From assembly GCA_043801745.1 (NCBI GenBank), contig JAZDLR010000022.1, positions 1,960 through 65,959 of the forward strand: a stretch of 64,000 bases of DNA. Direction: 5' to 3'. The notes below the pieces were generated by a model. That model was given only the letters and a program-made list of their open reading frames with translations, did no database searches and was not told where the DNA came from. Shown here piece after piece: positions 55,411-64,000 of the stretch. Position 1 is the stretch's first letter, and every line of letters begins with the position of its first letter. The stretch comes from Candidatus Komeilibacteria bacterium. Its GTDB lineage: Bacteria; Patescibacteriota; Patescibacteriia; UBA1558; 2-01-FULL-52-15. The position numbers were made by a program, and so were the translations under genes.

Positions 55411-55965
55411 TTATTTTTTTCCCTGATAATATACAGCGCTATGAATCGGGCTACCTTGCGAAAGAAAATAACCGCTTTCCACTTCAGCAAAATCCTTCAT
55501 CCACTCCCGCAAACCCAGCTGGGTTACCCGCCAATAATCCTGGGGTGAGGGATGAAAGGGTTGACAAAAGGGGACTTCAATCCAAATCTCGCCACCCGGC
55601 TTCAACACACGCCGTAGCTCGGCAATGGCACGCCCGGGGTCGGGAACATGTTCTAACACCGCCGCACAAACCACCACATCAAAGACCTCATCCGGAAACT
55701 CCAGGTTCATTATATCATAGTGAAAATCAATATAATCAGACTTATCATATAAATCAACACTAACCCAAGCAGGCGAAAATTTCTGTTTGCGTACACCAAT
55801 TTGTAAACCTTTTCGCTCCTTAAAACGTTCAACCAATTTATAGAATGAGGCGTCTCTAGCTGAACGGTCATCCTTGATTAATCTAGAAAAAGTCTGACGG
55901 TATAAATGAAAGTACCATCCACTGGGAAAATATTTAATAATAATTTGTTTAATTGTCTTCAGCAT
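55411..55965 (-). CDS. Class I SAM-dependent methyltransferase (Methyltransf_11-like)
   Basis: VVVCAAVLEHVPDPGRAIAELRRVLKPGGEIWIEVPF. Paralogue of the 58156-58770 gene. Confidence 0.6.
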   Translation of the reverse strand: MLKTIKQIIIKYFPSGWYFHLYRQTFSRLIKDDRSARDASFYKLVERFKERKGLQIGVRKQKFSPAWVSVDLYDKSDYIDFHYDIMNLEFPDEVFDVVVCAAVLEHVPDPGRAIAELRRVLKPGGEIWIEVPFCQPFHPSPQDYWRVTQLGLREWMKDFAEVESGYFLSQGSPIHSAVYYQGKK

Positions 55966-55985
55966 CTTATTTAATAATACAATAA

Positions 55986-57107
55986 TTATATCCGCTCCTC
56001 ATAAGCGCCGCTTAATTCGTGATATATTTTTTCATAGCCCTGACGCATCATACTCCAATCCAGCTGCTGACTAAAGGTCCGCGAGTTCAGGCTTAAGGTT
56101 TGCTTGAGTTCGGAATTAGTCAAAATTTTCCGCACCGCGGCTTTAGCTGACTCCGGATCAGCTGGTGACACCAAATAGCCGTTAAAATCCTGCTGCAGAG
56201 CATCCTCGGCTCCGCTGTCTGTCGCTCCAATAACTGGTAAACCAAAACAGGCCGCTTCCACATAAACTAAACCAAAACCCTCAATATCGAAATTGTCATT
56301 TTGCGGCAGTAGCAGAAATAACTCGGCCGCCGAATACAGCTTAGCCAATTCTTGATCACTAATATTGTTTAAAATGATAACGGCATCTTCTAAATTGTAA
56401 TCCCTAATATAGGCCTGCATTTTTTGCCAATACTCTCCGCCGCCGCTACCGACAATAACATATTTTAATAAAGGAAACTCCTCCCTCAGCCGAACAAAAA
56501 CTTGCAAACTCTGCAAATACCCCTTGCGTGGCTTGAGCCGGCCAACGGATAATATAAAAGGCGATAACTTGGCATATTCATTGGGCTGACCGGAGATAGA
56601 CGCGGCTAAAGAAAGAAAATGGATCCGGTCAATACCCGGCCTGATGATTTCTACCTGCAAACCCGGAACTTTTTTAACAATCTCTCGGGCAGTAAAAGAA
56701 CTAATAGCAATAACTCTCTCCGCCCGTCGATATACCCCAGATAAAAGCCAACGGGACCAGTAAGATTGCAGCGGCTTAACTGAACCACTACCCACAACGG
56801 TGATAATAATCGGCTTATGCAATCCCCAGGCTAATATAGCGGCCAATAAACCGTAAGGTAAACCGTCAAAAACGTGGATCAAATCGCAGCGACGAATAAG
56901 CGAGCGTAATTGAAAAAACTTACCGAGGATAACCAATTTATTGGTTCCGATGACCAGACAATTCTCGTCGGCGCCAACAGCAGATTTAACCAAAATAGTC
57001 TGCTGCAAATCCGGCACCGCCAATTTTAATTGGCTAATCAGTTCACGACTAAAGCGACCGCCGCCATTTTTATAATCAAGATTATCAGTCAAATAAACTA
57101 CTTTCAT
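55986..57107 (-). CDS. Glycosyltransferase family 4
   Basis: EGFGLVYVEAACFGLPVIGATDSGAEDAL. Confidence 0.65.
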   Translation of the reverse strand: MKVVYLTDNLDYKNGGGRFSRELISQLKLAVPDLQQTILVKSAVGADENCLVIGTNKLVILGKFFQLRSLIRRCDLIHVFDGLPYGLLAAILAWGLHKPIIITVVGSGSVKPLQSYWSRWLLSGVYRRAERVIAISSFTAREIVKKVPGLQVEIIRPGIDRIHFLSLAASISGQPNEYAKLSPFILSVGRLKPRKGYLQSLQVFVRLREEFPLLKYVIVGSGGGEYWQKMQAYIRDYNLEDAVIILNNISDQELAKLYSAAELFLLLPQNDNFDIEGFGLVYVEAACFGLPVIGATDSGAEDALQQDFNGYLVSPADPESAKAAVRKILTNSELKQTLSLNSRTFSQQLDWSMMRQGYEKIYHELSGAYEERI

Positions 57108-58159
57108 AATTGTTTATATTGCTGTACAACTTTAGTTATTAACGCATCAATATTATGCTCATTAACAATCAATTCTCTTAACTTGCTCTGAAGTAATAAG
57201 CGATCCTCTGCCGACAACTGCAGGATTATTTCGGCCTTATTCAGCAGATCCGCATAGCTCTCAGCAAATAAATTTTCGTTAATATTATGGAAAAAATTTC
57301 GATAGGCGGTGTTGGTGGTTATAACGATTGTGCCACAGGCCATGGCTTCCAACACGACTTTATCTAAGCTGCCTGTCCGACTACAATTAACGAATAAGTC
57401 AGCGCCAGAATAAACCGCCGGTAATTCAATATTAGGCACCGCGGCAATAAATTCGACAAAATCAGCTAAACCCTCCTGCTTAATCTTCTGCTCTAACCCA
57501 CGTAAATACTGATCGTCTCCCGGCCGTGAAGTCTGCCCAACTAAGCGTAAGCGGACCTGCGGATATCCCAACTGGTGCAAATCTTTCACGAGATCGATTA
57601 ACCACTCTAGATTTTTACTCGGCGTTGTCCGCCCAACAGTTACTAGCGTAAATAATTGACCGGGCGTTTTTGGTTTAAAGCTGAATAATTCAGTATCAAT
57701 ACCCTGATGTAATACCAGCATTTTTTTCGAGGCCAAACGGAATCCTTCAGCTGATGAAGTAGCCACGACATTGACCAGACGTTCCATTAAACGCACTTTC
57801 CAGCTGACGGCGCCATGCGCATACCAGCTGATTAATTTTTTTTGAAATAGTCTAGCCCAGGGTGCGATCAAAATGGCGTATTCCGGATTCTGATGCGTCC
57901 AGACGCCATCAATGTGCGGCACAATCTTACCGGCTAATAACTGAAACCGCCAAAATTCCCGCCAGCGATTTTTGCCACACTCCTTACCCAGAGAATAAAC
58001 CTGACAGTTGGCCGGTAAATCGGAAATATCTCCCCTTTCTAAACAAATGACATCTAACTGATCAACTAACCGAGCAATCTTTTTCACCCATTGATAACTA
58101 AAGCCCGCTAAAGCGTCCTGTCGGTCAATTTTTCTGGTAATATACAGCAATTTCATCAC
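57104..58159 (-). CDS. Glycosyltransferase family 4
   Basis: GSLDKVVLEAMACGTIVITTNT. Confidence 0.6.
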   Translation of the reverse strand: MMKLLYITRKIDRQDALAGFSYQWVKKIARLVDQLDVICLERGDISDLPANCQVYSLGKECGKNRWREFWRFQLLAGKIVPHIDGVWTHQNPEYAILIAPWARLFQKKLISWYAHGAVSWKVRLMERLVNVVATSSAEGFRLASKKMLVLHQGIDTELFSFKPKTPGQLFTLVTVGRTTPSKNLEWLIDLVKDLHQLGYPQVRLRLVGQTSRPGDDQYLRGLEQKIKQEGLADFVEFIAAVPNIELPAVYSGADLFVNCSRTGSLDKVVLEAMACGTIVITTNTAYRNFFHNINENLFAESYADLLNKAEIILQLSAEDRLLLQSKLRELIVNEHNIDALITKVVQQYKQL

Positions 58160-58770
58160 TTCGTAAGAAAAATATTATAGCCGCTGGTCTGATTGGTGCT
58201 AGTTTTATGTAGCCACCTATCTAATAACCGCGTCAGTCCGCGTGTCAGACGCGATAACTTAACCGGATACAATTTATTAACCGTTTCCAGGGCGCCGCGC
58301 ACATTAACTGATTCAAAACCGGAAAATTCGCGTAATAAATAGCGCGCACCCTCAATCGTGTAGCGATAAAAATCCCCATAATAACCTGGCAGAGGATGAT
58401 AATAATAGAGAAACGGCAAATATATATAGGCGTAACCCCCGGGTTTAAGTACACGATGAATTTCTCGCGCGGCTTTCTGCGGTTCTTCCACGTGCTCTAA
58501 AACAGCAATACAAATGACCGCCTCAACTGAATTATCAGCTAAAGGTAACTGATGGATATCGCCGACAATATCCGGATGAAAATCAGCCACCTTGTCCACT
58601 ATTTTATAATTCACGCTGTTAATTTTATCTTTTAACCATAAACGCTGTTGCTCGCACCGATTACCCTGACCTGGCTGAATTCTTAATCCTCCGCCAATAT
58701 CAATAATATCTTTTTTTTCTTCAAAAATTTTGGTTAACTTTTCAACTTCAAATTTTTCCCAGGGTGTCAT
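58156..58770 (-). CDS. Class I SAM-dependent methyltransferase (Methyltransf_11-like)
   Basis: AVICIAVLEHVEEPQKAAREIHRVLKPGGYAYIYLPF. Confidence 0.6.
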   Translation of the reverse strand: MTPWEKFEVEKLTKIFEEKKDIIDIGGGLRIQPGQGNRCEQQRLWLKDKINSVNYKIVDKVADFHPDIVGDIHQLPLADNSVEAVICIAVLEHVEEPQKAAREIHRVLKPGGYAYIYLPFLYYYHPLPGYYGDFYRYTIEGARYLLREFSGFESVNVRGALETVNKLYPVKLSRLTRGLTRLLDRWLHKTSTNQTSGYNIFLTK

Positions 58771-59909
58771 GACAAATTATTTTCAGCTAGCTTTTGCCAC
58801 AAATTAATTATTTCAGAAATATTTCTCTCCCGGTCAAAGCGTTGTCGATACTGTCGCGCCGCCATCTGACCAAGACGATCACGTTCAGTTTTATCCGTTA
58901 AAAGCCTGTCAATAACTTCTACGGTTGATGACAAATCATTAAGTGGCACAACAACTCCTGTCTGACCGTCTTCAATGATTGTCCCGGCACCCAGTGTAGC
59001 CGACGCCACCGTTGCCACGCCGGCCGCGCCAGCTTCAATAATAACCTTGCCAAAGCTCTCATTAGTAGATAGCAGTAGCAATAAATAGGCCTGTTGATAA
59101 TAATCCACTAACTGCTCCGGCGTTTTATCGCCCTGGAAAAATACCACCCCATCTAAACCCAGCCGGTGGCTTTGACGTTTGATATCTTCCTCCAGCGGTC
59201 CTGATCCAATGATAGAAAGGTTGAAATCCTGCCTTTTCTGCCGTAATTCAGCCATAACCCGCAGCATAAAATCTAAATTTTTAGCTGCCACTAAACGCCC
59301 GACAAAAAGTAAAGTCTTAACAGCGCTTTCCGGCTTATTAATTACTGCGGAAAAACGTTCAACATCAACCGGCGTGTTAATAACAACAATTTTGTCAGCC
59401 GCCACACCCAGCTGCCGCACAGCTGCTACCAACCGATCAGAAACTACGCGGACAATATCCGCACGCGGCAGTACCCGGGATTGAATCCGGGCAAAGAGCT
59501 GGTTTTTCCAGGATTCAGCTAACCACTGACGATTACCGATAAAGTCACCGTGCAGATGAACCTCCAAGGGCAGCTGAAACTTTTTCTTCAGCCACCAGCC
59601 CAACAAACCGGTAGCGTGCGGATCTTGCGTATCGATCAGATCATAAGGCCGTTGGCGCAAAAGTCGGGCAGCAATCTTCCAACCAGTAAATAATTTGTTT
59701 ACCGCGCCAGGACCAGTAGAATAAACTGCGGCATTGGCAGCCAACGCACTTACAGTACGCTCCCTACCGCCCAGAACAACAATATCCAAACGAGCAACAC
59801 GCGCGGCGTATGCTTGATGCCGTTGACGCACATCACTGGCTGACCGCTCAATCAGTAATCCGTCATCCAGACTGATCATTAATATTGATAATTGATCGGC
59901 TGGTTTCAT
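58767..59909 (-). CDS. Glycosyltransferase family 4
   Basis: ESFGKVIIEAGAAGVATVASATLGAGTII. Confidence 0.65.
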   Translation of the reverse strand: MKPADQLSILMISLDDGLLIERSASDVRQRHQAYAARVARLDIVVLGGRERTVSALAANAAVYSTGPGAVNKLFTGWKIAARLLRQRPYDLIDTQDPHATGLLGWWLKKKFQLPLEVHLHGDFIGNRQWLAESWKNQLFARIQSRVLPRADIVRVVSDRLVAAVRQLGVAADKIVVINTPVDVERFSAVINKPESAVKTLLFVGRLVAAKNLDFMLRVMAELRQKRQDFNLSIIGSGPLEEDIKRQSHRLGLDGVVFFQGDKTPEQLVDYYQQAYLLLLLSTNESFGKVIIEAGAAGVATVASATLGAGTIIEDGQTGVVVPLNDLSSTVEVIDRLLTDKTERDRLGQMAARQYRQRFDRERNISEIINLWQKLAENNLS

Positions 59910-59910
59910 T

Positions 59911-61062
59911 TTAAGCCAAACAGCTAATAAATAATTTGTTCATGGCAACAGCGATTGTATTCCAATCATATTGAGCTCGGACTAACTGCTGGCCAGTAGT
60001 TTGAATGTGCCGATACAACTGCTGATCACAATAATAGCGTTGCAGTGCCTGGGCAATAGATAGAGGTTGACGCACCTGACAAACTAAACCGGTTTCACCA
60101 TCACGCAAAAAATCAACAATACCCCCAACCGGGGTAGCTATGATCGGCAAACCAAAAGCCATAGCTTCTAAAAATGAATTACCTAAGCCCTCAGATAAAG
60201 AAGGCCGGCAGAAGACATCGGCCGCTGCCAAATACTTAGGCATTTCCCGATGATCAATCTGACCAATAAAGGCAACGTATTGCGCGACACCTTTCTTAAC
60301 AGCCAAAGCTTCTAAAATTCTCTGGTCCGAGCCGGCACCGACAATTAATAAACGAGCCGGCACGCCCAACTTATAACGCGCGCAGTTGATGGCTTTGATC
60401 AAATCATCAATGGCATTCTTATAGACCAGACGACTAGTAGTAATAACCACAAACTCCTCATCAGCAATGGTTAGTTGATGACGGAAATCCCGGCACTGGG
60501 CAACAGAAAAGGAGTTAGTAAAAACGTCCAGATCAACACCGTTGGGTATAACAGCAATTTCTTTCTTTCTATGTCCAAATTTTTTAGCGCGACGGGCCAG
60601 ACTCTGACTAATAGCCTGCAAACGGACAGCCCGTTTATACATTGAACGGTAAATTGGCAGCCAAAACCAAACCCGTATCCAGATAAAAAAATCCGAGTCG
60701 CCACTTTGCTCGGTCAAGACATAGGGCACACGCGAACGCCAACGAAAAAGCCAGGCCGCTAATCCGGCGTAATTAGCCATCATGGCCCAAGCCAGATCAA
60801 ACTTCTGAAATGACTGCAATTGATAAGCGCGACGGGCGGCCCGGAAAGCATAAAGATACTTGTCCCAGATATTCCCCTGCCCCAGACGGATAACCTTAAT
60901 ACGACCCAACATCTCCTCCTTGGGCAGCTCCGGTTTAAGTTTAGCTGTCAGTAAAACAGCATCAAAATCAGTTATGCGGTCGGCGATTTCCTTGATAGCC
61001 ACCTCAGCTCCACCAACAAATGGATAGTAAGTCAAGGAAAATATCAGTAATCTTTTAGCCAT
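59911..61062 (-). CDS. Glycosyltransferase family 4
   Basis: EGLGNSFLEAMAFGLPIIATPVGGIVDFL. Confidence 0.65.
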   Translation of the reverse strand: MAKRLLIFSLTYYPFVGGAEVAIKEIADRITDFDAVLLTAKLKPELPKEEMLGRIKVIRLGQGNIWDKYLYAFRAARRAYQLQSFQKFDLAWAMMANYAGLAAWLFRWRSRVPYVLTEQSGDSDFFIWIRVWFWLPIYRSMYKRAVRLQAISQSLARRAKKFGHRKKEIAVIPNGVDLDVFTNSFSVAQCRDFRHQLTIADEEFVVITTSRLVYKNAIDDLIKAINCARYKLGVPARLLIVGAGSDQRILEALAVKKGVAQYVAFIGQIDHREMPKYLAAADVFCRPSLSEGLGNSFLEAMAFGLPIIATPVGGIVDFLRDGETGLVCQVRQPLSIAQALQRYYCDQQLYRHIQTTGQQLVRAQYDWNTIAVAMNKLFISCLA

Positions 61063-61193
61063 AGTTAGCCAATTTTTTGGCTTATTGAGATATTAGTATA
61101 CCGTATGACTATGCCAGATTATCCGTCATTTATCAAGCTTTTTTGTCTATACAAAAGGCCAACTATTTGTTAGAGTAAAAAACGAATATCTCT

Positions 61194-62354
61194 ATGATTA
61201 GCGGAAAAAAAATATTATACGTCATTACCCAGAGCAAATATGGCGGGGCACAAAAATACGTCCTGGATCTAGCTAAGGCTTTTACGTCTCACAACTCAGT
61301 AAGCGTGGCTGTTGGTGAGCTGAACGACCAGGACCAGACTTTTTTTCAACCTTTAGCTGATCAGCCTACTATTCAGGTACACCGTCTAATTTCTCTGCAG
61401 CGGGGAATTAATTTACTCAAGAACTGGCAAAGCGTCTGGGAATTAAAAAAACTTTATAAAACTATTGAACCAGACTTAGTTCACATTAACAGCTCTATGG
61501 CTGGTTTTACCGCCAGCTTAGCCGCCCATTGGTACAACCGAACTGCCGTAAAAAAAATTAAAGTAGTTTACACCGCTCATGGTTTTGTTTTCGATGAACC
61601 ACTGCCGGTCTTGGTTCGCCAGCTATATATTTTTATTGAACGCCTGGGCGCTCGCTGGAAAGACGCCATCATTACGGTCTCCGACCAATCAAAATTAAGC
61701 GGCGTCAAACATGGCCTAGCACTTAGCAATAAATTCACTACTATTCATAACGGAATCAGCCTGACGCCGGAAAATTTTTTTAGCCGTGAGCAGGCACGCC
61801 TCAAATTGCATCTTCCGCCCGACGCTTTAGTGGTCGGCAGCATTTCCTCCTGCTATCCAACTAAAGGCTTACGCTATCTGATTGAAGCCGCTTATCAGCT
61901 AGCACGACCGGAAGTTCAATTCATTATTATCGGCGGTGGTCCGGAAAAAGATTACCTGCAGGAATTAATCGGGAGACTAAAATTAACCAAGCAATTTTAC
62001 CTGGCGGGCGCTAAAGCCGAAGCCTGGCGCTATTTACCAGCCTTTGATCTTTTCGTTTTACCTTCAGTCAAAGAAGGACACCCCTATGCCATCTTAGAAG
62101 CTGGTCTGACTCCTCTACCGGTGATCGCCTCTAATGTTGGCGGCATACCCGAAATTATTAATCACGACCATAATGGCTGGCTAGTGCCGCCCGCCGATGC
62201 CGTATCTTTAGCTGCTGCCATAACCAAAGCTTTAGAACAACCAGCCGAACGAACACGTATAGCCCTAGCTTTACAACAAACCGTCCAAAGAGAATTTTCA
62301 CTCTCGGCTATGATTACTAAGACCGACCAGGTCTACCAGCGACTATTGATCTAG
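61194..62354 (+). CDS. Glycosyltransferase family 4
   Basis: EGHPYAILEAGLTPLPVIASNVGGIPEII. Confidence 0.65.
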   Translation: MISGKKILYVITQSKYGGAQKYVLDLAKAFTSHNSVSVAVGELNDQDQTFFQPLADQPTIQVHRLISLQRGINLLKNWQSVWELKKLYKTIEPDLVHINSSMAGFTASLAAHWYNRTAVKKIKVVYTAHGFVFDEPLPVLVRQLYIFIERLGARWKDAIITVSDQSKLSGVKHGLALSNKFTTIHNGISLTPENFFSREQARLKLHLPPDALVVGSISSCYPTKGLRYLIEAAYQLARPEVQFIIIGGGPEKDYLQELIGRLKLTKQFYLAGAKAEAWRYLPAFDLFVLPSVKEGHPYAILEAGLTPLPVIASNVGGIPEIINHDHNGWLVPPADAVSLAAAITKALEQPAERTRIALALQQTVQREFSLSAMITKTDQVYQRLLI

Positions 62355-64000
62355 GGCTGAAGACTGGGGAAATAGGGTATCAGCGCCGGCAATAAACTGG
62401 GATAATTATTTACCGCTTGTTGAGCACTGATCTCAGCTTTTTCCGTCTTCCCTTGTCCTAGCAGTAACAAGGCTGTTAACAGGGCAACATCGGCAGGCGA
62501 CTTTTGTCGTTGTTTTAAGATTTCTAGGTGTTTAGCTGCTAAATCATAGCTGCTAGTTCGTAAATCATATTGCGTTACAGCCAACAAATCAGCATACGGG
62601 GCAGTGACCAAATGCTGATTAAAATAATCATTGGCCTCCTTTAACCAACCCAGGTTAAGTAATTGCTTATAGTATTGAATATGAGTATCAAAAATTTCCG
62701 GCCGACGTTCGGCTACTTGCTGGAATAAATCCAAACCCGCCTGCTCCTGTCCGGAAGCTAGGCGTAATTGACCGGCAATGTAAAGAAATTGGGTCCGCTC
62801 CGGATTGTCACGAAGCAAAATTTCTGCCAGCTTCAAACCCCGCTCCCAATAAACGCTATCTATCCGGCCTGCCAGTAAATAAAAATTTGCCAGTTCAACG
62901 TAATTTACCGTGTCCCCAGGCTTCTTGCTGATATTTTTTAGCATAACGGATTCAGCATAAGCTATCTGTTGTTTTAGTGCTGCCACCTCCAAGGGTGAGC
63001 CGCGGGCAATTAAATCACTAACCAACAAAACATACTGATAACGCAGCTCGGATTTACCCAGCGTCGGCGCTGCAGCTGCGTCATACCTAATAGACTCCAA
63101 TTTCTCCGCCGTAATCAACTGCCAGTCAGAACGGACCGACATTAGACTGGTGGTGAAGCGGTAGTTAGCCAAAAGGTTCTGAACAAAAAAATTATAGATA
63201 AATAAGGCAGCGATCAAACATAACACAGAAAAAAATACTGGGCGTCTAAATGGCGTCTGTAGTGGCAAGCCATACTTGTCAACTTTATCTGAAAGTTCCG
63301 TCTCACGGCTCCAGATATAAGCCAGAAGAACGAAGAAGATCAGTTGATTATTGATCGTGTCAAAATAGAAAATACTTTGAATTTGATAAACCAAGGCTCC
63401 AGCTGCCAGAATGACCCAGGCTGTTCTTTCAGCCGGTTTCTGCCGCCACAAACGCAGCCAAGAACGAAGCAACAATAACCATAGTACTAAATATAATAAC
63501 AGTGCCACCAAACCGCCTTCCACCAAATGCTGAATAAAAATATTATGCGCTTTATCATACCAGATCGGCGAAACACCAGAGCGAAATATGCGGTCATCAT
63601 AATGCTGATTAAAGGCAAGGGAAAAATTTTCCGGACCCCAACCCAATATTGGCTTAGCCCGGAAAGCCTGCCAGCTAATATCCCAAACAACCAAACGGTC
63701 ATAAAATGAGTTATAGGGCTGTAAATCGTCCTTAGATAGGGTGAGTGACTGCCAATTGACAAATATCAGCCCAAGGCCCAAACAAGCCAACAGTATTATG
63801 GCCAAAATCAATCTCTGCTTAACTGATACCAGTCTTCGGCTCTGCTGCCAGGCGGCAATGATAAATAAAACCACCAAACCAAAGGCTGTAGCAACAACGG
63901 CGATGCGGGCTCCCGAAAGCCACAAAGCTGCTAATTGCAGCAACAATAGACTGCCGACGGCCAACCAACGTTGCCAAGATTTTTTATCTAAGCGATACCG
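62351..64000 (-). CDS. O-antigen-ligase-like (Wzy_C) membrane protein fused to C-terminal TPR repeats; 5' end beyond window (partial)
   Basis: The reading frame stays open from 63964 to 64000 (the track 'M' is a TTG). TM region plus WDISWQAFRAKPILGWGPENF (ligase loop), then TPR-like helical repeats. Confidence 0.55.
   Translation of the reverse strand, partial: RYRLDKKSWQRWLAVGSLLLLQLAALWLSGARIAVVATAFGLVVLFIIAAWQQSRRLVSVKQRLILAIILLACLGLGLIFVNWQSLTLSKDDLQPYNSFYDRLVVWDISWQAFRAKPILGWGPENFSLAFNQHYDDRIFRSGVSPIWYDKAHNIFIQHLVEGGLVALLLYLVLWLLLLRSWLRLWRQKPAERTAWVILAAGALVYQIQSIFYFDTINNQLIFFVLLAYIWSRETELSDKVDKYGLPLQTPFRRPVFFSVLCLIAALFIYNFFVQNLLANYRFTTSLMSVRSDWQLITAEKLESIRYDAAAAPTLGKSELRYQYVLLVSDLIARGSPLEVAALKQQIAYAESVMLKNISKKPGDTVNYVELANFYLLAGRIDSVYWERGLKLAEILLRDNPERTQFLYIAGQLRLASGQEQAGLDLFQQVAERRPEIFDTHIQYYKQLLNLGWLKEANDYFNQHLVTAPYADLLAVTQYDLRTSSYDLAAKHLEILKQRQKSPADVALLTALLLLGQGKTEKAEISAQQAVNNYPSLLPALIPYFPSLQP

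Overview
The window reads as a low-to-moderate G+C, small-genome bacterial contig. Its composition resembles Patescibacteria/CPR: many GT4 glycosyltransferases, CARDB, CotH, PEGA, an FG-GAP subtilase, and no Shine-Dalgarno sequences on native genes. Three parts stand out.

(1) Positions 1-5600 form a repeat-structured accessory island. It contains a partial HsdR-like PD-(D/E)xK nuclease/SF2 helicase, a DUF3800-like protein, a NYN nuclease, an IS200/IS605-type HUH transposase, and two ~93%-identical copies of a 77-aa protein gene with a conserved leader. The island also carries shared ~450-bp upstream repeat modules and recurrent hairpin motifs.

(2) Two compositionally foreign, G+C-rich expression cassettes lie at 5579-6510 and 9725-11200. 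Each has a consensus sigma70 promoter, a strong Shine-Dalgarno sequence, a CDS, and a shared long-hairpin terminator with a compensatory base change. They encode an M50/site-2-protease-like membrane metalloprotease, a protein with a novel N-terminal domain fused to a receiver domain, and a small membrane protein. Native DNA lies between them, encoding a secreted 815-aa protein with five near-identical tandem CARDB-like repeats.

(3) A short housekeeping block (11.2-21 kb) holds peptidase S51, tRNA-Gln, pyrG, rplI, ctp, murA and a PEGA protein. It is followed by a very large cell-envelope glycan locus (about 21-64 kb). The locus includes rfbAB, gmd, two SDR epimerase/decarboxylases, a DegT aminotransferase, a TylCIII-like C-methyltransferase and five further SAM methyltransferases. 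It also has about twelve GT4 and four GT2 glycosyltransferases, a polyprenyl-phosphate sugar transferase, a flippase, GtrA, an S8 protease, a CotH-like protein, a VTC/DUF4956 pair and an O-antigen-ligase-TPR protein that runs off the window.

No CRISPR array or rRNA was seen.
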